Positions 51,496 to 61,444 of a stretch of DNA of 64,000 nucleotides are shown one piece after another. Both the position numbers and the translations under genes were made by a program. Under the pieces are notes generated by a model. The model did no database searches, was not told where the DNA came from, and worked only from the letters and a program-made list of their open reading frames with translations. The stretch comes from an uncultured Oscillospiraceae bacterium (GTDB lineage Bacteria; Bacillota; Clostridia; Oscillospirales; Ruminococcaceae): contig CAKSDC010000006.1 in the NCBI GenBank assembly GCA_934444765.1, positions 12,760 through 76,759 of the forward strand, read 5' to 3'. Every line of letters begins with the position of its first letter. Within the stretch, counting starts at the first letter, position 1.

Positions 51496-51589
51496 ACTTT
51501 TTTGACCTACTTTCTATGACTTTCAATCGTTTTATAAGATATTTTTATTCTATCATATTATCATCTAAAAGTCAATGATATTATTTCAA

Positions 51590-52810
51590 CTACTTCAAAA
51601 CTACTCTATGGTATACTTTCTTACCTTTTTTGATTATAATGCCGTCGCCTATAGTAATTTGAGCCTTAGGGTCTGTAACCTTAACGTCGTCTACTGAGAT
51701 ACCATTCTGTACTACTAATCTTCTTGCTTCGCTATTAGAAGATGCTAACTTAGTAGCTACTAATAGGTTTAGTATACCTATAGAACCGTCTAATAGGTCT
51801 GTAAGGGATAGTTCAGTAGTAGGCATATTTTCGTCCACACCTGCACCACTGAATACGTTCTTAGCAGACTGTAGAGCCTTATTAGCTTCTTCTTCACCGT
51901 GAACCATCTTAGTAACTTCAAAGGCGAGGAGTTCTTTAGCCTTGTTAAGTTCTGCACCTGATAGAGTTCTTTCCATTTCTTCAATCTCTTCGATAGGAAT
52001 GAACGTTAGTAACTTTAGACAGTTGATAACGTCGTTATCGGAAACGTTACGCCAGTATTGGAAGAAGTCGTTTACTGAACACTTTTCCTTATCGAGCCAT
52101 AGAGCACCCTTTTCGGTCTTACCCATTTTTTTACCTTCTTTGGTAGTTAATAGAGTAAACGTCATAGCGTAAGCCTCTTTACCTTCAACACGTCTGATAA
52201 GGTCTACACCACCGAGCATATTGCTCCATTGGTCGTTACCACCGAGTTCTAACACTGCGTCATAGTTTTGGAATAGGTGTAAAAAGTCATAGCTTTGCAT
52301 TAGCATATAGTTAAACTCTAAGAAAGATAGTCCCTTACCTTCTAAACGGGACTTAAAGCATTCAGCAGTAAGCATTTGGTTTACTGAGAACTTACTACCA
52401 ATATCTCTTAAGAACTTAATATAGTTCATATCTAAGAACCAATCACCGTTTTTAACTATCTCTGCCTTACCGTCTGAAAAGTCTACAAACTTTTCCATCT
52501 GTTGTTTAAAGCGTTCAGCGTTGTAATTGATTTCTTCTACGGTTAGCATCTTTCTCATATCGGTCTTACCTGTAGGGTCGCCAATCATAGTAGTAGCAGT
52601 ACCTAATAGAGCTAATGGCTTATGACCTGCCATTTGCATACGCTTCATAACTACTAACTGTAAAAAGTGTCCTACGTGTAGGCTATCAGCGGTAGCGTCA
52701 AAACCGATATAAAAAGCAACCTTTTTATTGTTTAAAAGATTTTCAATCTCCTTTTCGTTGGTAGTCTGTGCTATAAGACCACGTCTTTTAAATTCTTCAA
52801 ATAAAGTCAT
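51590..52810 (-). CDS. tyrS: tyrosine--tRNA ligase
   Basis: DSLHVGH (HIGH), KMGKT (KMSKS), C-terminal S4-like domain. Start set at ATG 52810 (GAAAGGA SD spacing). Confidence 0.95.
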   Translation of the reverse strand: MTLFEEFKRRGLIAQTTNEKEIENLLNNKKVAFYIGFDATADSLHVGHFLQLVVMKRMQMAGHKPLALLGTATTMIGDPTGKTDMRKMLTVEEINYNAERFKQQMEKFVDFSDGKAEIVKNGDWFLDMNYIKFLRDIGSKFSVNQMLTAECFKSRLEGKGLSFLEFNYMLMQSYDFLHLFQNYDAVLELGGNDQWSNMLGGVDLIRRVEGKEAYAMTFTLLTTKEGKKMGKTEKGALWLDKEKCSVNDFFQYWRNVSDNDVINCLKLLTFIPIEEIEEMERTLSGAELNKAKELLAFEVTKMVHGEEEANKALQSAKNVFSGAGVDENMPTTELSLTDLLDGSIGILNLLVATKLASSNSEARRLVVQNGISVDDVKVTDPKAQITIGDGIIIKKGKKVYHRVVLK

Positions 52811-52837
52811 GATATACATATCCTTTCACAAAGTAAT

Positions 52838-53146
52838 AAAAAAAGTCCTCAAAAATGGGAGTACCATCTTTGAGGACGACAATTCTTAACTATAAATAAG
52901 AGTTACCGTGTTACCACCTCAGTTTATCCGCATAGTAGTATGCGAACCTCATTAAACGCTATAACGTGCGTACACGGAAGCCTCTACACAGTAGACCTAT
53001 ACAGTAATAGGCTATACGTTCAAAACTTCAGCTCATAAGTGTAATTCATCATATCCTTGATACCTTTTTCCAGCGACCAAAGGCTCTCTATAATCTAAAC
53101 AGATATGACTACTAATCTTAGTCTTAGCTATTGTATCCAACGATTA
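52838..53146 (-). promoter_or_regulatory. T-box leader (Tyr/UAC specifier) with terminator upstream of tyrS
   Basis: The minus strand carries AGAGAG ... GCTGGAAAA ... GAAT-TAC-A (plus-strand gta 53041-53043) and the T-box core GAGGTGGTAACACGG. A terminator GTCCTCAAA/TTTGAGGAC (52845-52878) is followed by U7. Confidence 0.8.
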
Positions 53147-53152
53147 AGTTAG

Positions 53153-53181
53153 ATTTTATCACATTGATGAGTATTTGTCAA
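53153..53181 (-). promoter_or_regulatory. sigma-A promoter of the tyrS leader
   Basis: Minus strand: TTGACA (53181-53176), 17 nt, TAAAAT (53158-53153) with an upstream TG. Confidence 0.6.
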
Positions 53182-53236
53182 GTAGTTTTTTATCGTGTAG
53201 CGATAGCAGTAGAAAAATATACTGGGATATTTGCTA

Positions 53237-53779
53237 CTATTCGTCATCACGAACGCCACTCGCTTCAACGTTGCCGTCTTTAAATGTGAATATTATAGCG
53301 GTGTAGTCTTTAGCGTTTTCGCAAGCGTTACCTACTAACTCTACGTACTTTTGATTATAACCACTGGTTACAAAGCCGTGTTCTTGAGCAGTTAAAAATA
53401 CAAATCCAGAGATAAACTGTAACCATTGAGGTTTTTTATCCTTGCATATTTCAGCCATTTGTAGAATGTACTTACTCATAACGAGTACGCTTTTGCTATC
53501 ATCATCTACTAAGTAAGCCCACTTAGGAAGAAGTTCTTCTTCTCCACCTGCAACTGAAGAGTTATCTACTACGTTGTTAGTATTAGTAGAGGTTGTTTCA
53601 GGTTTAGGTTCTGCTTTAGTAGTAGTCTTAGTACTTTGGTCTATTCCCATAGTACTCATAAATAGACTTTCCACTAAACCGGAGTTATCTGTAGAGTTAG
53701 AACTACTTTCTTTTACTGTATCTTCTTGAACTTTTACTTCTGCAAGTTTTTTCTTCTTTTTACCAAAAAAATTGAACAT
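53237..53779 (-). CDS. hypothetical protein (disordered T/S/N-rich N-half, compact C-terminal domain)
   Basis: ORF with host-like codon usage; no motif recognised. Confidence 0.4.
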   Translation of the reverse strand: MFNFFGKKKKKLAEVKVQEDTVKESSSNSTDNSGLVESLFMSTMGIDQSTKTTTKAEPKPETTSTNTNNVVDNSSVAGGEEELLPKWAYLVDDDSKSVLVMSKYILQMAEICKDKKPQWLQFISGFVFLTAQEHGFVTSGYNQKYVELVGNACENAKDYTAIIFTFKDGNVEASGVRDDE

Positions 53780-53835
53780 TAAAAGTCACACCTTTCTAAA
53801 TATATAGTCGTTTAGATAATTATAATATATATCGA

Positions 53836-56076
53836 CTAAAAAGTCAATTGATTATTTACGCAGTCTAAATCCTTAGACGATACTCCAACACATGGTATAC
53901 GACTTACCACATACTTGCTTAACTCTTCAGGAACTTCATCAGTATCTAATACTTTAGCTGAAATTATACCGCCGTCTTTAACGTTCATAACTGAAACGCC
54001 TATACTATCACGACTTGCTTTAGGTAGTAACATAGAAGTATTAAATACTATCGACTTGCCAGTATCTGCACTTAGTAAAAGGTTGATATCCTTTTCTATA
54101 AATACCATATCCACCAATGGGGACTTATCGGAATAGGCATTAGCAAGTTTTTTTCTATTAGTCTTAGTTTCATAAGACTTAATAGGAACTTTAGCTATCT
54201 TTCCGTTTTTGTAGATAAACAGTACATAACCGACGCTATAGTCGAGTACAGACTTCATCTTAACTACGGTTTCACCGTCTTCAAAAGATAGCTTTGCTGG
54301 AATGTAATCACCCAATAACGAAGCCTTGCTATCATCAAAGTTATTAGCCTTATTCTTATATACCTGATACTTATTAGTAAAGAATAATATATCAGCAGTA
54401 TTGAACGTTTCCTCATGCTGTAGCATATAGTCGCCTTCTTTAAGTTTCTGTTCTCCTGACATTCTTAAAGACTGTGGAGTAATCTTTTTAAAGTAGCCAC
54501 TATCGGATAGGAATACGTGTATAGCATAGTTAGGAACTTCTTCTACTATATCCGTAAAGTCATCGTCTGCGGAGTATATGAGGTCTGTTTTACGTGGTTT
54601 TCCGTACTTTTTGACGTTAGCTTTTAATTCACTAACTATAATCTTTCTAACCTTGTTAGGATTAGATAGTGTATCTTGTATAGATAGAATATCCTTTTCT
54701 AAAGTTTCGGTCTCTTTTAGACGGCTAAGTATATACTCTTTGTTTAGATGTCTAAGTTTAATTTCGGCTATATACTCAGCTTGAACCTCATCTATACCAA
54801 AACCGACCATTAAGTTAGATACTACTTCCGCTTCTTCTTTAGTCTCTTTAATGATGCTAATAGCCTTATCGATATCTAATAAGATTTTTCCTAACCCCTT
54901 TAGCAAGTGTAAACGTTCAGACTTTTTGTTTAAGTCGAAGTTCAAGCGTCTGCTGACGCAACTTTCACGGAATTTAGTCCATTCTAATAGAATATCTTTA
55001 ACGCCCATAACTCTTGGAACGCCGTCTATTAGTATGTTAAAGTTACAAGAATAGTTATCTTGTAAAGGGGTTAGCTTATATAGTTTCTGCATAAGTTTGT
55101 CTGGGTCTGTACCACGCTTTAGGTCTATAGCAAGTTTTAGACCGTTTAAGTCTGTTTCGTCCCTGATATAAGAAACTTCTCTAACCTTGCCTTGTTTGAT
55201 AAGTTCTACAATCTTATCCATAATAGCCTCTACCGTAGTAGAGTATGGAATTTCGGTAACTTCTATGCAGTTAGCGGACTTATCATAGTGGTATCTACTT
55301 CTAATCTTTATAGAGCCTCTACCCGTTTGATATACTTTTTTAAGTTCCGCCTCATCGTAGACTATGCTTGCACCAGTAGGAAAATCGGGAGCTTTTAAAG
55401 TGGATACTATATCGTGTTCAGGATTTTGTATCAAAGCTATAGTAGTTTCGCAGACTTCTGCAAGGTTAAAAGGACATACCGAACTTGCCATGGATACGGC
55501 TATTCCCACATTAGAGTTTACTAATATAGTAGGAAAAGTAGCAGGTAACAGTGAAGGTTCTAACATGGTGTTATCATAGTTAGGTACAAACTCCACGGTG
55601 TCCTTGTCTATATCACAGAATAGTTCGTTGCATATAGTATCCAGTTTAACTTCGGTATACCTTGAAGCTGCGTAAGCCATATCACGAGAGTAACACTTAC
55701 CAAAGTTACCTTTAGAGTCCACGTATGGGTGAAGTAACGTTTCGTTACCTCTTGACAGTCTAACCATGGTATCATATATAGCACTGTCACCATGAGGGTT
55801 TAGCCTCATAGTCTGTCCTACTACGTTAGCAGACTTAGTTCTTGAACCGTTAAGTAAACCCATTTTGTACATAGTGTATAGTAGCTTTCTATGAGAAGGT
55901 TTAAAACCGTCTATCTCTGGTAATGCACGAGATACTATTACACTCATAGCATAAGGCATATAGTTTTTTTCAAGAGTTTCAGTAATAGTTTCTTCCATTA
56001 ATATGCCAGCGTTTTCGATATACGCATTAGGAATAGCATTTTTATTTAGTTTAGGCTCTTTCTTTTTTTTAGCCAT
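53836..56076 (-). CDS. parC: type IIA DNA topoisomerase subunit A (ParC/GyrA-like)
   Basis: LPEIDGFKPSHRKLLYTM, RYTE (catalytic Tyr region AASRYTEVKL). About 746 aa with a short C-terminal domain. Start at ATG 56076, 8 nt after AGGAGG. Confidence 0.9.
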   Translation of the reverse strand: MAKKKKEPKLNKNAIPNAYIENAGILMEETITETLEKNYMPYAMSVIVSRALPEIDGFKPSHRKLLYTMYKMGLLNGSRTKSANVVGQTMRLNPHGDSAIYDTMVRLSRGNETLLHPYVDSKGNFGKCYSRDMAYAASRYTEVKLDTICNELFCDIDKDTVEFVPNYDNTMLEPSLLPATFPTILVNSNVGIAVSMASSVCPFNLAEVCETTIALIQNPEHDIVSTLKAPDFPTGASIVYDEAELKKVYQTGRGSIKIRSRYHYDKSANCIEVTEIPYSTTVEAIMDKIVELIKQGKVREVSYIRDETDLNGLKLAIDLKRGTDPDKLMQKLYKLTPLQDNYSCNFNILIDGVPRVMGVKDILLEWTKFRESCVSRRLNFDLNKKSERLHLLKGLGKILLDIDKAISIIKETKEEAEVVSNLMVGFGIDEVQAEYIAEIKLRHLNKEYILSRLKETETLEKDILSIQDTLSNPNKVRKIIVSELKANVKKYGKPRKTDLIYSADDDFTDIVEEVPNYAIHVFLSDSGYFKKITPQSLRMSGEQKLKEGDYMLQHEETFNTADILFFTNKYQVYKNKANNFDDSKASLLGDYIPAKLSFEDGETVVKMKSVLDYSVGYVLFIYKNGKIAKVPIKSYETKTNRKKLANAYSDKSPLVDMVFIEKDINLLLSADTGKSIVFNTSMLLPKASRDSIGVSVMNVKDGGIISAKVLDTDEVPEELSKYVVSRIPCVGVSSKDLDCVNNQLTF

Positions 56077-56111
56077 CAATATTACCTCCTAATTTCAAAA
56101 TATTCATGACA

Positions 56112-56555
56112 TTACACCTCTAAGAAAGTATTAAATCTTAAATAGTTTACGATAAACATAATACCAGCCGATAACAAAGCACAACCCAAGCCTGAATAGA
56201 ATACTGCAATAAACCTAAAAGGAATTACCCCTGAATATCTTAATCCTATACCAAAGGACATCATAAAAAACATAATACAATAAGATTTCACATCAAAGAA
56301 CTTATAAAAAGGTTGTTTATCTTCATATGATAATATTCTTGTAGTATGTTTTTTAGTCATTTTAAAGAACATCATACCAAATATAATATAAACTATAACA
56401 GATAAGATAATATTTAAAACATTTAAATATTGTAGATACAATACAAGTCCAATTCTGGCAACATTGAACCCAGCAATAGACCAAACTATTCCAGCAATCA
56501 ACAATAAATTTCTTTTATTTACCATAGCAAAAATCCTTTCAAATAGTTTAATCAA
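56112..56555 (-). CDS. small 4-TM membrane protein of unknown function, compositionally foreign
   Basis: 147 aa with four hydrophobic segments. The TTG start overlaps the parE TGA (TTGA). By my line counts it is about 27% GC with 2 CpG in 444 nt, against about 40% GC and frequent CpG in the flanks. Codons are ATT/TTG/GAT/AAT rather than the host ATA/CTA/GAC/AAC. Confidence 0.5.
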   Translation of the reverse strand: MIKLFERIFAMVNKRNLLLIAGIVWSIAGFNVARIGLVLYLQYLNVLNIILSVIVYIIFGMMFFKMTKKHTTRILSYEDKQPFYKFFDVKSYCIMFFMMSFGIGLRYSGVIPFRFIAVFYSGLGCALLSAGIMFIVNYLRFNTFLEV

Positions 56556-58540
56556 CTAATATCAGCCATTTCAAGGTACTGATTTCCATACTTAGAGATA
56601 TGTTCTTTTCTTGCCTGTAGGTCATCACCGAGTAGCATATCGAACACTTTAACGGTCTGTTCCACGTCGCAAGGATTAATCTTAATAAGTCTACGAGTAT
56701 CGGGGTTCATAGTAGTTAAAGACATCATTTCAGGTTCATTTTCGCCAAGACCTTTAGAACGCTGAATGGTATACTTTTTATTGCCGATTAGTTTAAGAAT
56801 ATCTACCTTTTCTTTTTCGGTATATGCAAAGTATGTTTTATCCTTAGTAGTAATTTCAAATAGTGGAGACTCTGCAATGTACACATAACCTTTTTCTATC
56901 AAAGTAGGAGTTAGTCGATATAGCATAGTAAGTATTAAGGTTCTAATTTGAAAACCGTCTACGTCGGCATCGGTACATATGACTATCTTATTCCATTTGA
57001 AACTTTCTAAGTTAAATGAAGATAGGTCTTTATTAGACTTAGTCTTAACTTCCACACCACAACCAAGAACTTTCATAATATCGGTAATGATTTCGTTTTT
57101 GAATATCTTGTTGTAGTCCGCTTTAAGACAGTTTAATATCTTACCACGTACAGGAATTACCGCTTGAAACTCTGCCTCACGGGCTAACTTAACTGAACCT
57201 AATGCGGAGTCGCCCTCTACTATATACAGTTCACGTCTTGAAGTATCTTTAGTACGACAGTCGACAAACTTTTCAACCATATTAGAAAGGTCTATCGTAC
57301 CTGCTAACTTCTTTTTTATGTTAAGGCGTGTTTTTTCAGCATTTTCACGACTACGCTTGTTAATCATAATCTGTTCTGAAATCTTTAGTGCATCGTCAGG
57401 ATTTTCTAAAAAGTACACTTCCAACTGATGTTTTAAAAAGTCGGTCATAGCCTCAGTTATGAACTTATTAGTAATAGCCTTTTTGGTTTGGTTCTCATAA
57501 GAAGTCTCTGTAGAAAATGAAGAAGATACTAATACTAAACATTCTTCTATATCTGCAAAGGTAATCTTATTTTCATTTTTAAGATACTTATTGTTAGCCT
57601 TTAAGTAGCTATCTATTTGATAGGTAAAGGCTTTTTGAACTGCATTCTTAGGCGAACCACCATGTTCAAGAAAACTTGAATTGTGATAGTATTCAGCAAG
57701 TTTGAACTTATTGGAAAAGCATACCGCTACAGATAGTTTAACCTTATATTCTGGTCTGTCTTCACGGTCACGACCTACACGTTCGCAAGTCCAATACTGA
57801 ATAGGAGTTAAAGCCTTATCGCCAACCAATTCGCCTACATAGTCCGTAATGCCATGACTATATATATACTGTTCCTCAGTAAAAGAACCGTCTTCTTGCT
57901 CTATCCTTAGTATGAATAGTAGGTTAGGATTTACTACTGCCTGTTTTTTTAATACTTCTCTAAAGTATTCGTCTGGAATGTTAATATCTATGAATACGTC
58001 AAGGTCAGGTTTCCACTTAGTCTTAGTGCCTGTATAGTCGAGTTTGCACTTCTTTTTAGATAGTCCACCGACGTTTTCTCCCTTTTCAAAGTGCAGACTA
58101 TACTTATAGCCATCTCTAACGACTTCCACGTCCATATATTCCGAGGAGTATTGAGTAGCACACAGACCCAATCCGTTTAGACCTAATGAGTAGTCGTAAC
58201 TCTCAGCAGACTTGTTATACTTACCACCAGCATATAGTTCGCAGTAGACTAACTCCCAGTTGTACCTATCTTCCTTAGAGTTGTAGTCTACGGGACAGCC
58301 TCTACCAAAGTCGTCAACTTCAATGGAATGGTCTAAGTACTTAGTAACTATAATCTTATCGCCATATCCTGAACGTGCCTCATCTATAGAGTTAGAAACT
58401 ATCTCAAATACTGAATGTTCGCAACCGTCCAAGCCGTTAGAACCGAATATTACTTCAGGACGTTTTCTTACTTTTTCTGCTCCTTTAAGCATGGTAATGC
58501 TTTCGTTGTTATACTCTATACTATTATTAATATTAGCCAT
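56552..58540 (-). CDS. parE: type IIA DNA topoisomerase subunit B (ParE/GyrB-like)
   Basis: LKGAEKVRKRPEVIFGS, GHKL ATPase, Toprim (ELYIVEGDSALGS, DADVDGFQI). Start at ATG 58540. TGA stop. Confidence 0.9.
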   Translation of the reverse strand: MANINNSIEYNNESITMLKGAEKVRKRPEVIFGSNGLDGCEHSVFEIVSNSIDEARSGYGDKIIVTKYLDHSIEVDDFGRGCPVDYNSKEDRYNWELVYCELYAGGKYNKSAESYDYSLGLNGLGLCATQYSSEYMDVEVVRDGYKYSLHFEKGENVGGLSKKKCKLDYTGTKTKWKPDLDVFIDINIPDEYFREVLKKQAVVNPNLLFILRIEQEDGSFTEEQYIYSHGITDYVGELVGDKALTPIQYWTCERVGRDREDRPEYKVKLSVAVCFSNKFKLAEYYHNSSFLEHGGSPKNAVQKAFTYQIDSYLKANNKYLKNENKITFADIEECLVLVSSSFSTETSYENQTKKAITNKFITEAMTDFLKHQLEVYFLENPDDALKISEQIMINKRSRENAEKTRLNIKKKLAGTIDLSNMVEKFVDCRTKDTSRRELYIVEGDSALGSVKLAREAEFQAVIPVRGKILNCLKADYNKIFKNEIITDIMKVLGCGVEVKTKSNKDLSSFNLESFKWNKIVICTDADVDGFQIRTLILTMLYRLTPTLIEKGYVYIAESPLFEITTKDKTYFAYTEKEKVDILKLIGNKKYTIQRSKGLGENEPEMMSLTTMNPDTRRLIKINPCDVEQTVKVFDMLLGDDLQARKEHISKYGNQYLEMADIS

Positions 58541-58576
58541 ATAATCCTTTCTTTCGTTGATAAAACTCAAAGTATA

Positions 58577-59545
58577 CTAACACTTAATAAGTTTAACCGA
58601 TACCCAACCATCTAACTCTTTAATAGCCTCTACTCTAAAGCCTACCGATACTATACTATCTATAACTTCATCTTTACGTTCGTCTATAATGCCAGATACT
58701 ATTAATATGCCATTATCTTTAAGATAGCGTCTAAAGTGATTTTTCATAGCTATGAGAATATCCGCTACTATGTTAGCAGTGACTACGTCATAAGTGCCGT
58801 CTATCTTATTAGATAGTTCGGTATCTTCGATAATGTTACCACAGTAAGCCTTGTACACGTCTAAGGAGATACCGTTCTTCTGAGCGTTTTCTAAAGCGGT
58901 TCTAACACAATGAGCTTCTATATCTACAGCGGTCACACTCTTTGCACCTAATAGCATAGCACCTATAGAGAGTATTCCGCTACCACAACCAAGGTCTAAT
59001 ACGTTATCGTTAGGAGTAATAACGTCTTCTAAGAACTCTAAACATAGTTTAGTAGTATTATGTTGACCCGTTCCGAAACTTGAAGCAGGGTCTATTTCTA
59101 AGATAATTCTATCGTCTACGTTGTTATACTCTTCCCAAGAAGGCTTAACTAATAGCTTATTACCGACTTTTAAAGGTTTAAAGTATTGTTTCCAGTTGTT
59201 AGCCCAGTCGTCCTCTTTGATGTTAGAAAACTCCATCTCTAAGCGACCGAAAGTGCCGTCAGTATCGGACTGTTTAAGAGTGTTTAGCATAGTCTTTAAA
59301 GAGGCTACCATTTCCGCCCCCTGAGCGTCATCTGGAATGTATACGGTAACAGAAGTTTCACAGTTAGAAAGGTTCATTAAGTCGTCGTCGATATAGTCCC
59401 ACTTACCCTCTTTATTTTCTAAGAACTCCTTAAAGTCTTCTTTATCTTGAATTACAAAACCTCTAATACCTATATCTAATAGGTTTGCACATAGCATATC
59501 AACACCAGCAGTAGCTGTAAATATAGTAATCTCTAACCAGTTCAT
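58577..59545 (-). CDS. prmA: ribosomal protein L11 methyltransferase
   Basis: MNWLEITIF, DPASSFGTGQHNTT, VLDLGCGSGILSI. Start at ATG 59545 (GGAAGGAG SD). Confidence 0.9.
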   Translation of the reverse strand: MNWLEITIFTATAGVDMLCANLLDIGIRGFVIQDKEDFKEFLENKEGKWDYIDDDLMNLSNCETSVTVYIPDDAQGAEMVASLKTMLNTLKQSDTDGTFGRLEMEFSNIKEDDWANNWKQYFKPLKVGNKLLVKPSWEEYNNVDDRIILEIDPASSFGTGQHNTTKLCLEFLEDVITPNDNVLDLGCGSGILSIGAMLLGAKSVTAVDIEAHCVRTALENAQKNGISLDVYKAYCGNIIEDTELSNKIDGTYDVVTANIVADILIAMKNHFRRYLKDNGILIVSGIIDERKDEVIDSIVSVGFRVEAIKELDGWVSVKLIKC

Positions 59546-59734
59546 GGCATAGTACTCCTTCCAAAATATGAAAAATTTTTTAAGTAACAATATTTATATT
59601 ATCACACTTTTTAAAAAAAGTAAAGCTACAAATACGTTCGGCACTAAAAAAGGCACATTCCCGTATATAAAAGAACCACCCACTAATTATTAGCAGGCAG
59701 TTCTGTAAGGAATATTTTTACGGTAACGACTAAA

Positions 59735-61309
59735 TTAATTTAAGATAACATCTTTAAGTATAGCGTAGTCACTATAGCTTACTATACCGTCATTGTCGAA
59801 ATCTAACATATAGATTTCTTTAGAAGAAAAGTCTTCTCCACTGTTAATCTTATTGGATACGTAGTGTACGTCAGTAACGCTTACCTTACCGTCTCCGTTT
59901 ACGTCACAAGGAACGTTTTTAAAGGAGTTTTGGAACTTAGTATAGTCTAAGCATACCCAACCTACTGTACCGTTATAGACTGTCTTTCCCCAGTCGTCTT
60001 TAATTTCTATAATGTCTATAGAAGTGCCACTTTCGATTAAGTCTAACTTATCTTCGGAAGTACTGTTTCCACTTCTAAGATATACGTTATCTGTAGTCTT
60101 GTAAGAACCTATTTGATAGTCGCTATTGTTAGATACTGCAATGTTTACTGCTGTAGAGTATGTATTATCACCTACAGAACAGTAGTCTAAGCATATCCAA
60201 GCGTCCTTACCTTGATAGTTAATCTTGCCCCAGTTATCCTTTATAGAAGTAACTTGTACTTGAGTATTAGCGTCTACTAAACCGTAGCTTTCAGCATCGG
60301 TAGAGTTGCTTGCTCTAAAGTTAAGAGGTTCAGCAGTAGTATAAGTACCAGTAGAATAACTATAGGAAGACTGTAACTGCTTAGTATAACCAAGATTAAT
60401 CCAACCCATATTACCATTATAGCATACGTAACCCCATTCGCCATCTACTTCGGATACGTTAATGTTAGTAACTACTGGTAGAATGTCTATTACGTCTGCT
60501 TGAGAGTAAGCGTCAGTTCTTAGGCATAGTTCATAAGTTAGCATATATAAACCAGTAGTATATTTAGAGTTAGAGCTGTTTTTAATCTCTTTAGATACTT
60601 CGTTATCTTCAACGTTAGGAAGTTCTTCAACTTCTTCAGCTCTTTCTACTTCTTTCTGTTCAATAGCGTCGTCGGAGAGTTTAGGACTGTTAGCACCTCT
60701 AAACACTCTTACTTTGTAGATACCGCCGTTATTATAGGTATCAAATAGGCTTGTATTTACGCCCTTAGCTGGGTCGAACATATATACGGTACCGTTTTCT
60801 ACTCTATCGATAGCAACCCAGTGACCGCCGTCCTTAACGCCAACTATTAAGTAATAACCTTCATTCAAATATTCTTCAATTTCTTCTGTCTTGCCTGAAA
60901 CACTGCTTGAAGATAGTGTTTCGTAACCTTCAAAAGTGAAAGATGATGCATACTTAGTTGCAGTACTCCAAGAAAGGTCGCCGTTACTACTAAAACCGCC
61001 GTTGTTGTTAAAAAATTCACATAACACACCAGGGTTAAAGCTATCGCTTGTAACTGAACCACAGTGTACCATTAAAGAAGATAGTGCTGTAACTGCACAA
61101 CCACTATTAGACATAGTATAACTGCTTGTACCTAAATGCATATTCTTCCAACGGCTATCGCCTTGCTTAAAAGAAGTATAATCGCTTGTAGCACTTGCAC
61201 TTATAGTATTAATAGTAGTATTATAATCATCTTCAACGTTTACCATTCCCATAACCATGAAGCATACCATAGCACATGATACTGCTCTTTTGATTAAGTT
61301 TTTACCCAT
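59735..61309 (-). CDS. secreted C39-like cysteine peptidase domain + three SH3b-like repeats + C-terminal type I dockerin
   Basis: Signal peptide (MGKNLIKRAVSCAMVCFMVMGMV), SNSGCAVTALSSLM (Cys) and DGGHWVAIDRV (His). Three repeats of the type W-G-x-[VI]-x-Y-x-G-x-x-[GA]-W-[IV]. Dockerin duplicated motif DVNGDGKVSVTDV ... DFDNDGIVSYSDY. Confidence 0.7.
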   Translation of the reverse strand: MGKNLIKRAVSCAMVCFMVMGMVNVEDDYNTTINTISASATSDYTSFKQGDSRWKNMHLGTSSYTMSNSGCAVTALSSLMVHCGSVTSDSFNPGVLCEFFNNNGGFSSNGDLSWSTATKYASSFTFEGYETLSSSSVSGKTEEIEEYLNEGYYLIVGVKDGGHWVAIDRVENGTVYMFDPAKGVNTSLFDTYNNGGIYKVRVFRGANSPKLSDDAIEQKEVERAEEVEELPNVEDNEVSKEIKNSSNSKYTTGLYMLTYELCLRTDAYSQADVIDILPVVTNINVSEVDGEWGYVCYNGNMGWINLGYTKQLQSSYSYSTGTYTTAEPLNFRASNSTDAESYGLVDANTQVQVTSIKDNWGKINYQGKDAWICLDYCSVGDNTYSTAVNIAVSNNSDYQIGSYKTTDNVYLRSGNSTSEDKLDLIESGTSIDIIEIKDDWGKTVYNGTVGWVCLDYTKFQNSFKNVPCDVNGDGKVSVTDVHYVSNKINSGEDFSSKEIYMLDFDNDGIVSYSDYAILKDVILN

Positions 61310-61412
61310 TGTAAATCCAATTCCTTTCGTATGTTTAATTCCAATCAATCTAAAAAATAGTACAGAAAGATACTGCAATAGAAAAATTCCTTTAAAATCT
61401 ATCACGGTTATA

Positions 61413-61444
61413 ATTATAGCACAATATTTTTAATAATTTGTGAA
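61413..61444 (-). promoter_or_regulatory. candidate promoter of the dockerin-protein gene
   Basis: Minus strand: TTCACA (61444-61439), 17 nt, TGCTATAAT (-10 at 61418-61413). Confidence 0.45.
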
